A stretch of DNA of 64,000 bases from Tubulanus polymorphus (GCF_964204645.1 NC_134031.1:7316001-7380000); one strand, 5' to 3'; shown: positions 1 through 13,639, numbered from the stretch's first letter. Program-made: numbers and translations. The notes: generated by a model not told the origin, from the sequence alone.

Positions 1-617
1 ACGGTTGTCATGGCAACGGACACCAATAACAATAATGGAGAACCAGACACAGTTCATCTTCAAGGTCACATTTATCCAAAGTATTTGTCTTATTTGTAAG
101 CCCAAAGGTTATCAACACCCTGGTATACAATGTATCAGTGTCAAATACATAGGTAACAATTTTCTGAGGCCTGAAATCATTCCCCAATGAAACCCCTTAC
201 ATCCGGCCTTCCGACATATCAGTGGAGAAGTGGGTAAATCAGTGGAAAAATAAATCTTTTAGTTGTGCTATTGCTTTGAAATTTTTACTACTTAAAGTAA
301 GGATATATGGCATACAATTGCAGTTGGAATTGAATAGATCAGTGCATTTTGCTGGGAGACAGAGCAGTTTATCTGAAACTTTTTTGTGAATTTTTTCATG
401 GCGGCCATCTTGAAGAATGTGACCTTGACCTCGAGTTCACTTATACCCACATTATTTATGTCTACTTTGTTGGCCCAAAAGTTATCAACAACATGCTATA
501 TAATTTTTCTGTGTCAGATACTTTGGTAACTATTCCATGAAGCCTCAAATCCCCTATAAACCCCTAAATTCCCTCCGGTACAGCAGCGGAGACATTATGT
601 GGTATTGAAAGGGTTAA
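1..617. mobile_element. Right-hand part of a probable non-autonomous DNA transposon (piggyBac-like end)
   Basis: Ends in ...GAAAGGG-TTAA (601-617), the CCC/GGG + TTAA signature; contains ATGGCGGCCATCTTG and GACCTTGACC motifs also seen in other repeats here. The other end is not visible in the window. Confidence 0.3.
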
Positions 618-1033
618 CACGGTCTTATGCGTTTCAATGTCTTTAAACAAAAAGGTGGTTTTGATATGGCGTGATGAAAAGAAAAAGACCACGTCACAAC
701 AAGAAATTGCTTCCAACGTGCCGTAAATACAAAAAGTTAGTTTTAACGAGGTGTTTATCGTGCTACGTAAAAGAATTCGTAAAGATGAGTATCATATTTA
801 TCTATTTATATATGTATATTTATTTTCCATCTGGCCCGAATCAGCCAGCGTGATGCAAGAATCTATACGTTACCTATTAATCCGCTGAACGTGCTGTGGT
901 TAAAGTCCTACATGAAATAAACACATTTAAAGTTACTATCTCGGATGACAACTCGGGCAGCGATATCCCAGGACCAAAATTCGGATTTCAAGTCTATGCA
1001 CTCTAAACCTATGAGATTTCTATTTTTAGTACC

Positions 1034-1275
1034 CAGGCGCGGATCCGAGGAAGGGTTGCATTGAGTGCCAGTGCAACCCTTGGAAATATTCTTCGTATCA
1101 TTTATTTCAGTTTATTTTCCAACGCAACATTTCAAAGTACAAGGTGCATGTAAGATGATCAACAGTGCATAGAAACTCTGCGAAATCAGAATGCGCGAAA
1201 TTAGACAAATATTTTTCTGAATTTTCTGAGGGACCAGCAGATTACCCCACTTTGAAAATCCTGGACCCACCCCTG
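1034..1275. mobile_element. MITE, CAGG(G/C)GCGGATCC-terminal family
   Basis: Termini CAGGCGCGGATCC and GGACCCACCCCTG; flanks GTACC/TTACC (4/5 match, 5-bp TSD). Same family as 9416-10261 and 32995-33203. Confidence 0.6.
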
Positions 1276-2095
1276 TTACCGGTGTACTGTTTTCTTCTTT
1301 GAAATGATTGACAATGGATTTGTTTAATCTGGAGAACATCTGGACATTACCGATGTTCTCAAAAACATCATATCAATCAACGTACGTATGGAATACTGAT
1401 AATGTTATCTTCTTTCTTCACGGCATTTAACAAATGATCCCTTCTCTTGATATTTGACGAAATCAACTGAAATTCAAACAAGATCAAACTGACATAATGA
1501 TAGAAAAACGTATATGTATTTGTTCACAAAAAAACGTGCCCCGAATGGTGCTCGATCGGATTTTAAGAGGGGAACTTACAACGATTCTGGGTGGTTTGAA
1601 ATTAAATCCTGTTTTCGATGATTCGATCTGTTGCTCGGCCAACCACTTCGTTTTTTCTATGTCGGAATGGTAAGGTAACGAACTACGATCAGCCTCTGAA
1701 ATAGAAATGCAACGATGAAGTGATACTACATGTGGCGTTTACGCAATGAATTTGATGTGATTATGAAATACAACTGAAATATAAGCGCTGCGTAATTCAA
1801 CAAATTCATTTCCCATGTACTTAACCCAAACTATCATATCTCCGGTAAATATCAACCCGTGTGTAATTTAGGAGAATCACCAGAAGAAATCTACCTTTGA
1901 TTGTCTCATCGTGCAATGTAGAACTTGCCCTGGAAGGCGAGGTTGCCTCCCACGGTTTATCTCTGTTGTCTCGTGCGTGTCGTCTGTTATCTAAATGTTT
2001 ACATGATTTATCTATAGCTCCGTCAGACTGGTGACAAAAATCACCTTCTTTCTTACGACGAATTGCGCTGGAAAATAAATAAATCAGTCATTCTG

Positions 2096-2311
2096 AGGCT
2101 TAAAAAATTGATACCTTGTTTCTCTCATTTCTGCTGAGCTTAAAATTTGACGCCGTCGATCTACCATGTACTTTTCTATTCTTAAAAGTCATTATCAAGC
2201 TAGCCACAACAGATGTTGCAACTACAGAAATGCACTGATTACAAATTTCATTGCAGTAAACTTTAAGTGATCCGGCCGATTAGGAGAAAAAAGGTATCAT
2301 TTTATTTCAGC
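2096..2311. mobile_element. Small degenerate MITE
   Basis: AGGCTTAAAAAATTGATACCTTGTTTCTC is an imperfect inverted repeat of GAGAAAAAAGGTATCATTTTATTTCAGCCT. Confidence 0.4.
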
Positions 2312-3999
2312 CTAACATAAAAAGAAGTATGACGGATCAACCCAAAAGCGCTGATACAAAGAAACCCGGCATTCTAACGAATATCTTCTGAAACTATCCA
2401 ATATATAATTCACTTAACATATAATAATGTAATTGTATTTTACTATACTAGTCCTCTGTATTATCGCACTACACTGCCCATCGCCCAACCAGGCCCAATA
2501 GATCTTCAGCCCACCGGCCTCCCTATCATCTTTACCGAGAATCATGGAGTCAGTGTACCACCCTTCTCGGTTGGCTACACTGATGTATGAGCGTCATAGA
2601 TCACTGTGGATACAACCACTTCCAAGTCTCGGACGTGAACTTTCACCCCGATCAGTCTGGCTCGTCCGCCATTCAGTCTCCCAGACCGTTCCCTATAGCC
2701 ACCCCAGTTCACAACTAACTAATCAGCCCAGTTTTTCCTGCCGAGATGTCAAATCGGAAATATTCGCCAGATTTTCGAAGTAAGCTTATTGCTACAAAGC
2801 GTATTGATTACCCCTCCGCTTCGTCAAGTTCCGCAGTTGGGGTCATCAATCAAATTCGGGATTTAATTGATTATGCGCGTAGATTTGTAATTTTGTAATT
2901 AACTGTAACGATTCATACATCATATACACTAATCATACATACACGATTGATAAACAATAGCTCAGCTTTGTCGTTGATAATTAACTATGTATACAATATA
3001 CAGAGCGCAATGATGGCTACTCACTGTATCGATTCTTACATATTGTTGTTGATAAATCAATGCGATTTGAGATAACTTCGGGTCTCTCGTCACCGGGCGC
3101 ATCATCATCGAATTTTTGCATCCATTGATGCCGACAGAACGCAGCCGAGTCGATCTAATGCGATTGCGTGGGTAATCAGTGCCGAAAATCTAATTGCGTT
3201 GTGACAAGTCGTAATAAACTCAATAAACAAGGTTCGGATATCAACGAACTTGAATGGTTGTTCAAGTGGAACGTCGGTAAACCAACGGCCAGTATATACG
3301 CGCTGTGAATAGATTCTTATGAACATCCGAAGATCCAATTTCCCGTGAAGATCCACTGATAGCCTTAACACTTGAACCGTTCGTAACTGTACTACCCCCT
3401 CCCCTTGAACGGCAGAAACGACGATATAGATGCAGAATCAGGAGAATGAAGAGACTATGGTCGGCTTACACTCACTCGTCTCAGAAGCCGCAATGAAATG
3501 ATAACTATAAAATCGGTTGTGATGACGTCTAGGACAGATTTCTTCTGTCTACAGAGATTCATTCTAGATTAATTTTGACTTTGAATAATTATCTGAATAT
3601 GAATAGAAGAATCTTTCTAAAACATCATGAACAAAACAGCTAACTTGAAAGTTTATCGACGCCTTGAATTATTGTTGAATTATGGGTCGATAGTTGAATG
3701 GACCAGCAACCAGAGCGAACTTCCGAATTTGTCGACTATTTGCGAATAAAGTGAAACCGAATGCCAGTGAGTCCGAACTATAGTCCGGAAATAGTCTACC
3801 GCGGGAGTGAACACGGTCGTAGTTCGGACCTAATTCCAAGATGGCCGACACTCCTGAAATGCGTTACCACTGACTATAACGCGTTCGGTTATTAACTACG
3901 ACCATCAGTCGACTAACTATACTATGTAAACTGAAGTTCGCCCCGATATCTTGATGACGTAGTGCCCATCCTCGCAAAAATGATTATCAAATTCATCAA

Positions 4000-4757
4000 A
4001 TATAGAATGAGATCGTTATGAAAAATATGTAATCAGAAATAAACGCCAAAATTTACAATTATATGTTATTTCGTTATGCTAATTCTGAATCTGATCTCCC
4101 TGGTGTTTTCAATAATCTATCTCCTTTTGGACACAATCGCCACAGACACCTCACTAGAAATTCCTTAGCTTTTGACATAAAATTTACCAAATCCACAGCA
4201 ATGTCTATATCTGTTACGATAGCTGGGCCTTCTCTTTGGAATAGCTTAAATGCTATCATATCCACATCTAACTCTCTCCCGATTTTTAATAAAACGATAT
4301 AAGAGACATCTATTGCAAGGATATTAATCTATGTTATATCTTATTTATTATAGTATTAGGCAAATTAGTAATTCTTCCATATTTGTACGTGTATATTTAT
4401 TATGTAAGTGTACGTAGGTATGTGTGTGTGTGTGCGCCGTGTGTGTATGTATGTATGTATATGTATGTAAGTGTATATGTATGTATATGTGAGTATGTGT
4501 ATATGTATGTATACGTAGATATTTGCATGTGTGTATGTGCGCGAGTGTATGTGTGTGTGTGCGTGTGTGTACGAGTCCTTTTTTCTGGTTAGAATTGTCT
4601 GTTTTTTCCCCTTTGTGTAGGTAGGTGCCTTCAGTATTCAAGTTTCGGCTGTTGTATTAGAATTTTATATTACATGTAATGATAAATATTGTAACACTCT
4701 CTTAGTTTATTTATCCAATTGTTATTCATTCAGAAATAAAGATGATGAAATGAAATG
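4000..4757 (+). mobile_element. 3' end of a CR1/L2-type LINE (ORF2 C-terminus, 3' UTR, short-repeat tail)
   Basis: ORF 4063-4302 has the typical LINE ORF2 tail (LP..F....H.H.TR...GPSLWNSL...S.SL..F); 3' UTR contains a TG/TA microsatellite, then AATAAA and a (TGAAA)n tail. Confidence 0.65.
4385..4570. repeat. (TG/TA)n compound microsatellite
   Basis: Direct reading: TGTGTG/TATGTA runs. Confidence 0.9.
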
Positions 4758-5358
4758 ACGTAGTGCACATCGACTTACGCAGAACAACGTAAATAATGCA
4801 TTCAAAAGGTATCAATGTATTTAAACACTATTGAAACGTTTTTTATGGCGTCAACAAATTTTACAGTTACCATTTCGCCAATATGTAGGTTGTTTACATA
4901 TACGTTACACTGTGACTGGTATGAATTAATATATCCCTCCCATGTTTAACTTTATTCTAAGAACAGGCGACGTGTTATGAAATTCTGTAAAATGTTCCCT
5001 AAAGAATCCATCCCAATTAATCCGGAATTATCGATTCTAATTTATTAATTTGCTTTTCGGCAAGATATCTAACTAGATATCGCTAGTGAGTGGTCAATAT
5101 TTGAGAGCGAAGCGGCAAAATTATCAGATAAACTACTGGCCAACAATTAATCGAATGAAGCGAATTAGCCCAATACTTCTGTTAGAATACTAATTAGTAC
5201 CGAAGGCTACTACAACTGCTGTACTCTGGCAATCCTATATTCGCTATATTTACTATTTCTATTTGTAAATATTATGTATACATATTCAAGAACACATTCT
5301 GGGCCGGTAATTGCGATATTTCAAGCAAGTATATACGAATGTACGAATTGTTTCTTAC

Positions 5359-7279
5359 CTTTTAACCGAACTTATACTGTACAATGAGAAATTCAAATGA
5401 TTATTGCACGAGGTCTTACGTGCGGCAAAGTTGACCTCACACAGAAAATAGAATTAAAGCGAAAAGAAGCTTTTACAAATAAAGAAAAATGAGATACCTT
5501 AAAAACTTTTCACAAAATCCCTTGATATTCCACGAGGTCTAGAAATTGACTGACGCAGTAACGTCGGCCTGACAGTCCATAGAATTAATTAAAGCGAAAA
5601 AGCCTTTTTCATATGAAAGATAAAGAAAAATGAGATACCTTAAAAAACTGTTCACAAAATCCATAAGACCATCTTCACAACAAACACCCCCGTAAAATAT
5701 CGTTAGGTTAGGGAATACAGCAAGTCACGTTCGCTGAAAATCGATTGATTCGTATCGATCAATCATAATTAGTTTCATCGCCGTTAAAAAGGTTCCGTCT
5801 TCAACAATATCGTCGATAATAAATGTGAATTGATCACCGAGACCTTTATGTTAAATCGAATCTCATGATATGTATACATCATAAACTAACATGTTTTTGT
5901 ATACAGTATAAAGAATCAATGATATATTGAACATATGTCACCCAACCCGAGCTCAATGTATAATAAGTTCACAGATGTTTAAACCCTCTTCTATCTAATT
6001 CCGCCCGTTCTGTCTTCTGAATGAAAGACAAATCGAAGACCCCCACGCGCACACTTTTCCGCCCGTTAGATTTGAATTAGAATCTGCACTCATTATCGAT
6101 CTGTTCGGGCTCAGATCAAAGAATTTATAAACACGTCCGTGATTTGCTCTAGAAAGAAGACGAAATAGACGGTGAATACGAAACGTAATGTTGACACAGA
6201 TTAGAAATGTTTCAACCAGAAATGAACGTCGGACCATCTTTCAAAGTTGGACCCGTTTGAAATTTGAATCCTATCAAATAATCAATGAAATCTACTCAAA
6301 ACAGAATTAACTCATTGTAGATCTACTGTATCCTATCAATGGGAATTTTCAAACATTGAAAACGAATATCCTGGGTGAAAACCCGATTCTTATCTTAGTT
6401 AAATTCTGTGGAAACCAATTCGACTAAAGACAACACAGAGGAATCGAGTCATGGGTGATTAATTTAACCGCAGATTCAAATGAAACAGCTGGACATGATT
6501 TATGATAACACTATACAAGGAAGGGTCACATACGTACGTGGCTCAGGAATAAAAAAAACGATATAACGAAATTTGTCCGCTATTTATGCATCACACGTCA
6601 AAGCCAGAATATCTGCCAGCCTTTAGTGATGGATGAGTTTGAGAATAACCCATCGTAAATTATTAGAATCCACGACAGCGTGTAATTTGATGCCAAACTT
6701 GGCGTGTAAACAGTCTCATCTGCGGCGGCCCAGTATACCTCGTAATGATCGACGTATATCCTCCCGACGTGGCCCAAAAATCGAAAATTTCAAATTATCG
6801 ATCAACAACATAATCCAGTGGCGTTCCCTTTACCTATCGCTGTCATGTATATCGGCTAAATCGATAAATGAGTCGCTGTTCCTCCTGATCGCAGCGCCCT
6901 CTCTCGACACTAATCTTATATCGTCTGTAGGCGGGGTTTCGTCATTTAGCATGCGCGATAAACGTCTACCTAACCACGAAAAACGTTTTCTACGATGGCG
7001 ACATTCATCGTTTGCGTTTTGATCAACAGTTCCATATTCTGCGTTGTTGTAATGTTTTTCCGTCACCAACGGATATTCAAAATCGACTTTACGCGGTACG
7101 CTCGCCGCTCGTGACCTTGACCTGGAAAACCTGCGCGCAAATGATGGAATGGTGGATTCGCACTGGCATGATTTTTGTCGGCTGGTAGACGGTGCTGTTT
7201 CGTCCGCACTATTTTCATTATCCGACCGATTATATTGGTGCATTAAATTCCTGATCAAATTTGATTTTATGCTAAACAT
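5359..7279 (-). CDS. 5' coding part of an unidentified gene: exon 7279(ATG)-6834 plus candidate 18-nt microexon 5376-5359; remainder not resolved
   Basis: 149-aa ORF is bounded by an acceptor (TTAATTTCAG at 7331) and a donor (GATAG|GTAAAG at 6833); the peptide is disordered with several RRxS-type sites. The microexon has TTTCTCATTGTACAG|...|GTAAGA and keeps frame (S-ISSVK). No domain recognised. Confidence 0.5.
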
Positions 7280-9149
7280 GATTGTTCACTTTCACTTTTC
7301 GCTGTTCTTAAGTCTGATGATTCCAGATTTCTGAAATTAAGATAACACAAAAAAATTGTCAGTCAAAAGCTCATTAGCTAAAAACAAATGTACCTTATAT
7401 TCAGGGAATTCGTATTACGTAGATATATATTTCAATATAAAAAGCATTCCCTTTGCATACTTCGTGCAAAATTGAAAATGTTCTCTATACACACCGCACT
7501 AAACAGCATAAATAATAAATGAATGTAGAGAGCGTTCAGAGAGGGAAAATCGAGAGAATGTAAATCGTAAAAACAGTGTTAATGCTCGACGTATAAACCG
7601 TGTTCGATAACTCACGTCGGTAATTAGCATTTTAAGTAGTAGACTTTTTGAAACTGTTGTACGTCTCATTGAAAGTTCATATTATTTTCCATATTATTTC
7701 CGTCTACATTTATTGCCGTTCCATAGTTATGCGAGATTCGCGGCGAGTGTTCGATTATCCGGAAAAGTGTCTCTTAGGATATTCGTTGAGTTCGCAAATC
7801 CCGACATATATACAACACGACGCGTGACGAAACAAATGGATTTCTTAGTCATGAACTTTGCGTGACCATTCTTTTGAGCTGATGAGGGGAACTACAGAGT
7901 TCAGATTTCCTGTTTATCGAATATAATGACATACGTTCATCATATCTATGGATGATATCAATTTAAATGTCCATCCCTCACCCCGTTTCCTGTGTCATTA
8001 CATTTTAATTCCCCTAGGCGTCTCTAAGGTACATCGTCCCTAGGATTCGAACCTGATGGCATCGAGACTCGCCATGGTACGATGAAGCCCTGCCACACTA
8101 GACTGAGTGCGCAGCGATGTCATTATTAGCCAATCAGAAATCCTGTTTTATTTGAACCCAGGTTTTCCCATCTATAGTTCTTCCGTGAAATTCGCCTCAG
8201 CGAGCAATCTAGTGCTGCAAGTTTCCGTTGGGCAAACCTGCGACCCCGGTCTAGTGTGGTAGGGTTTCGTGCCGTGGCTGAGAGTAAGCGATGCCATCGC
8301 GTACTTATCCCTGCCGGCGAGGATGCTCCAGTATAGAATTGTTTTTTTTCATACAGATTAACCAAAATATCTAAAATATGTTTTTCATACACTTTCAATC
8401 TAACGACGAATTTAACTTATGAATATTTATGACGAATACTTATATATGATGAATTGAACATGTAGTTATATTTTGCTTCTTTATCCTAGAACGGAAACAC
8501 AACCGGATAATGGAAATTGATGGTTTTATATTTTTAATCTTGTCCCCAAGAGGTATTGGACGACGTAACTAGTTCATAGAAGCTTACGTGGGTAGCGATG
8601 CAATCCTGAGTAGGGAGATATTTTTGTTTCTTCGAGAAAGATAAGCGATTGACAAGCAACCTGACCTTTCAAATCTCTTTCCACAACAAATAATGCTCTA
8701 TATACACATACGTTATTATGTGATATATAACAATTATTCTGAATTCTAAATTAATTGAACTAGATCTGATCGTGGGAATCTATCTGAATTGTATGATAAA
8801 GTGTGGGCTAGTCATCATATTGATTTATTATTACTCTATACGGCGATATTAGTTCGAAATTTAGTTCCAAATTAGGCCTACCATTGTTAGTAACCGAATG
8901 TTTGAAATGTTCGGAAAAATGATCTGTTCGTGAAAATACGTTACAAACCGTTTGAATGTACGCTGACATGAAACCGTTGTATTCCACTAAAAATAACCGA
9001 CTAAATCATTTCCGTTTTGCGTCCGTTCTGAAATTTTCAGATGTCTCGAAAGATAACGATTGAAAGAACACTATATCCGTGTTGACGCGATGTAGAGAGA
9101 ATCCAACAATCATAAGGAAAAAGTGTCAAAGTGACAAATTCAACAATTA

Positions 9150-9410
9150 GTTGCTTATAATTACCCTTTGGTTTGCTACCCTTTAATCTATTTTAGCGAA
9201 CTGTTTCTACGTTAAATTCCTTAGTTTGTATCATCTCTGATTACTTGAATTGGTCTCTTTGTCTATGGATTGTATATATATATCTCATAATTTTTGTTGT
9301 ATCTCATTCCTGAAGATGACTATTAGGATATAGTTGAAACGTTGAATAAACTACTACCTCAAAGTTACATTTTCGGACTTTTTCCTTATCATTGTGGGAT
9401 TCTCTCTACG
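9150..9410 (+). mobile_element. Penelope-like element terminal (pLTR) fragment with hammerhead motif
   Basis: Closely similar to 59075-59340, which lies between Penelope RT and GIY-YIG fragments; contains CTGAAGA-stem-GAAACGTTG at 9310-9344. Confidence 0.75.
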
Positions 9411-9415
9411 TCTTG

Positions 9416-10261
9416 CAGGGGCGGATCCAGACCGTATTAGCCGTATTGCCCAATACGGTCTAGAATTGTTAAGTGCCCTTCGAAATTTCACCGGCTATAT
9501 TTTTGACGGCATTATTTCAGCAACCGCTAATTCCGTTTCCGTAATCCGGGCATAATTATAAAATTAATCGGTTAGTATATACTGCTGCCGAGAAAGTGAG
9601 GAGCGATAATCATATTTGTAAAGCCTTAAATCATGATAAATTAAATAGGGCACTCTCCTTTTGCAAGGGGCACTCATGCTTTAGATGAGGGCACCTTGTC
9701 CTTGCCTTTTCAGGGAGGGCTAAAGGGGCACTCGTACTTTAGAAGAGGGCACTATACGCGGAAAATGTTGAAGAAAAGGGCACTTTTTTGCCTAATTTTT
9801 AAAATTTTAGGGGCACTTTTGGTTTGGAAGATGGCACACGACATGAGGATAAATGTGAAGACGAGGCAATTTTTGCCGATTGTTAACAATGAAGGGGCAC
9901 TTAGCCGTATTCTGTATAATTGTTAAGGGGCACTTTTAAAGATTATAGGGGCACTAGGCGAAGTTGGCGACAACCATTCTTTCATGGGTTCACCAGCTTC
10001 ATTTTTTATCCGCATCTGTTGAAATCTTGTCTCGAATTCGTTTATTCTGGATTGCTCTGCTAGCCTCTAGAAGCCCTCTAAAAGCCTTTAAATGGTACCA
10101 TATTTTCAAAATTTTCTGGGGTGGGCACCCAGACCCCCCTTTCAGGACATCGCGCCTTCGGCGCTCGCTTTGACCTGGATACTGGGTGTGCCCTGAGATC
10201 AGAAAGGTGCCCTTCAATTTCCTTCCAATAATGTCTACCCATCCCCCTGGATCCGCCCCTG
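9416..10261. mobile_element. Non-autonomous DNA transposon/MITE with 15-bp TIR and 5-bp TSD
   Basis: Perfect TIR CAGGGGCGGATCCAG / CTGGATCCGCCCCTG flanked by TCTTG on both sides; internal repeated AGGGGCAC motifs. Confidence 0.85.
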
Positions 10262-11145
10262 TCTTGAAAGATACTTTCGTTAGAAATTCACGTAAGAGAC
10301 AACGTTTAGTTCTAAGATCTGTCGTTTTATAGGCTTCTTTTAAACTGTTCAAACTGTCTGAAAAAGTGTTTAGGTATTCTGATTACAATGGAAGGTGACG
10401 TTCGAACGATCGATCAATGGGATCAAGGAATCTAAAGAAAATTATTTCAAGTTTTAGATAAGATGATGATGCGAACCCTTATTATTTTATCGCCAAGGAC
10501 AGCATACGTTGTTGTTTGTATATTGTGGTCGTGCATATTTCGATTATCAATCAGTATAGTACCGCGCGATTTCCGTATTATTTATTTTGCAGCTGTCTCA
10601 CGGATTGATTGCCAATATTCTATATTCAATATGTTGTGTTTACATCATTTGTTGGTTTATAACCCCAATAGAATTGATTAGTAATCCTCCCCGTATTACG
10701 ATTTAATTAGCCTGATAATCGCTAATGCTTTTCTATTTTCATTTTGATAGTCGTGTTTAAACAATGATTTTGGTGATTATGTATGTAAAATCACCGTAGG
10801 CCTAAACCTAAAATCGAACCGTATCGAAATCGAAATCTTATAGCCATTACACGAAATTCGATCTTTTCTCGAAAAAAAAATCTAAATTATAAAATTCTGA
10901 GAGGGCAGCTAGAGCGGGGTAGTAGGGATCATTTGACCTTTGAATTTCCCCTCTACAGCATCGCTGCCCTGCATTCAAAAGTGAAAGTTTTTTCAGCTCA
11001 CGTTCGTTTATTCATTCGTTCAGTTTCATTCGTTCAGTGTCGGGAAATTGATTTTCAATTGAACTGTACGCGTTTATACGTGGAGTTTAATTTCAAACAA
11101 CTGCGATATTTGGCAAAATCTCAAAATGTTAAGTGCCATTGTGCA

Positions 11146-11217
11146 GGCTCGGTGGCCAAGTGGTACGGCGTCGGTCTCGTAAACCGAAGATCCCGGGTTC
11201 GACCCCCGGCCGGGCCT
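11146..11217 (+). tRNA. trnT-CGT: tRNA-Thr (anticodon CGT)
   Basis: 72-nt cloverleaf: acceptor GGCTCGG/CCGGGCC, D stem GCC/GGC, anticodon stem TCGGT/ACCGA with loop CT-CGT-AA, T stem CCGGG/CCCGG with loop TTCGACC; T-run terminator shortly downstream. Confidence 0.93.
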
Positions 11218-13639
11218 TTGTGCAGTACTTAGTACTTCAGAGAATTTTTGCATAATTTCATTTCCCTTTGTAGAAACTGAACTCAGCTTATGACTATCAT
11301 GCGGATTACTGTCTGTTTTTTCTAAAGATTTTATTTCAAACAAGAACTTTGAAAATCAATTTGATTTCGAGGATTTAAGCTTTTACATCAAGCGTTCAGT
11401 AAGCATTTTAACAGTTAAGCATCTGGCGAAAAAAACCCACATGCATTAACCTCGTTTTTAGTTCCACAATGAAGCTGCCTGTGACAAGCGAGCGAAGATG
11501 ATTCTAAATTTGTAAACAGAAAAGGAGAGCATTTCCATAAACGTTTGTTGCTTTTAGTATTTCTGGCCACGTTTGCCCAGTTTCAGTCTGATATGCTAGT
11601 AGCCGAAATATGACCGAGAAAGATTCCCAAATAGCATGCTCCGCTTATCAAAACATGGATTGCATAAATTAGTACGCTTACGTTTATTACTGGGCTTAGT
11701 TAGCTCACTGTGACCTTATCCTGTGCAGGGTTAACCGCGCAAATCGTGAAATACATGGACATCACAGAGAACTTGCTCCGGTTATCCGAAACAGGGGGAT
11801 TATCATGTACTGATCGTTGAGCAACAATAAGCTGATTATTTACCATGAAGAACGAATGAATTCTATCACTGTCGCTCATCTTCAACACTGCTTTGATGAA
11901 CGCAGCCATAACATCTTTAGATTCTCTTTTTAACTATCTCAATAGATGACTACGTGTAACGTGCAATGAAAGATTTCTCCTTTCCAGTAAGGTTATGTTG
12001 TTATAATCATATAAACCATGCATTTCTTGAACAAAAATATTCGGCCGAATTTGATTACGTCCAGTAGTTCTGCATACATTTTGTATGAGAACCAACACTT
12101 TAAGCTTTACGTCTGTCTTACTTAGTAGCTTGTGTGAAGATGGACCAGTACGTAATTAAGAATGAAATTGATTCGAGTTTGACGCGAACATCAGTCGCGA
12201 CGTATTCTGGTTTAAAGGGCTTTAAGGAGGCTGTAGACGTCGTAAACACATCGATAAAACTAAGAAGATACTGATGACAATATAATGCCATCTCACAGCA
12301 GTTTCGTATCTCTCGGGATTAGAATATCGTTCGTACGTTGACCGTTTCGGTGACGTCAACGCAATTAATGCCAAGGTCAATCTCCGAAGCTGCGCAATTG
12401 CCGCTTAAATCATCAGGAAAAAATAAGCCATTGTTTTTAGGGGAAGAAAATGTTATGATAGATCGTGAATATATAGAAAATCGCATAATCGTTTCAATGC
12501 AGCCATTTAAACGGTTTAGTTGTCCACATTCTGTTTCTCGTAAATTTAGATTAAGCCTAGATAATCATAGTAAAGTATCATGATAATTCAACACAGCTGC
12601 GCTTCACAATATGGGAATTGGTCTCAGAGGAGAAATCGAGAGGAAATTGTTACCAGCTAATGTTTCCAAATTCCCGTTAATGTGAGTATGTTGTAGATGA
12701 TTCGATAAAAGGATTTCGTTCTACTCACTTCGTACGGATGTGTTTAGATCATGATACCTTTTTGAGGGGCCCTTTTTCCGATTGCCATTTTGGCGCGATG
12801 CTTTTCAGTAATCAAACATATTCCGTAAACAGTTAATAAGCAGTGCATTCTTCAAACTAATCACGGATAATTGCATTCTCATCAAAACGTTTAAAAGTTG
12901 AAAATAAAAATCTTACCTGAACTGTTGATCAATCCGATGAAAAAGACTGCCTCAAATACATTCCATCTTATGACGTCATTTGCTACGCGAATACGGGATC
13001 CGACGTCGTACAATAAACGAGCTGTAATTGTTTGTGGTGCTTGTAAAGCCGCATCGCGCGCTATCGCAGCAGATTTTGCCGTCCTCTCCTCATGTGATCT
13101 AATCCGATCGACCAATCGCGAACAACGATATCCCAGCTATCACCGGTAACTAACGACTTTCTTCCTGAACTTCCCGCTACCGCGGTTCGATCCGCTTACA
13201 GCTTGATGTCGTGGAAACTTTTTCACGAAATTTTGCGCCGATCGATTTTATCCACAATTTCGCTTGAAAATAATTCGTTTCGAATTGTAGTTTTATCACA
13301 ATTTCTTCTTCATCTGCCGTGTAGGCGTGAGGTTTTTTTTTCATTTGCGGAGAAGCTTAACGGCAGATCACGACACAGACAGAGAAATGCTGATTTATCG
13401 GTTTATAATTGATGTTACATCACAATAAATCTGCATTTACGAGACTGGAATGATCATAAATCTAACTCAACTAAATCCATGATAATCCCTGCCACAGTGT
13501 CTGAAATTTGTGAAAAAAAGTTCCGCTGAAAAGAATATATGGGGCTTGAACTTTAGTAACATTTTATCCAAAAATTCTGAACTTTCGACGTTTAGTAAAG
13601 GTAATTTAATTTCTATAGCGCCAGATATTCACTATGGCA

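Noticed and set aside
2450-3560. Minus-strand LTR retrotransposon remnant (polypurine tract at about 3395-3408)
   Set aside because: PPT-like run present, but no clear TG..CA LTR ends, second LTR or coding motif could be established.
4348-4641. His/Thr-rich and Val/Tyr/Cys-rich ORFs
   Set aside because: Translations of a TG/TA microsatellite.
7879-7910. Additional hammerhead cores at CTGATGA (also 12271, 28320, 51431)
   Set aside because: No stem II followed by GAAA.
11700-11909. 69-aa ATG-initiated ORF
   Set aside because: No recognisable domain, signal peptide or convincing exon partners.
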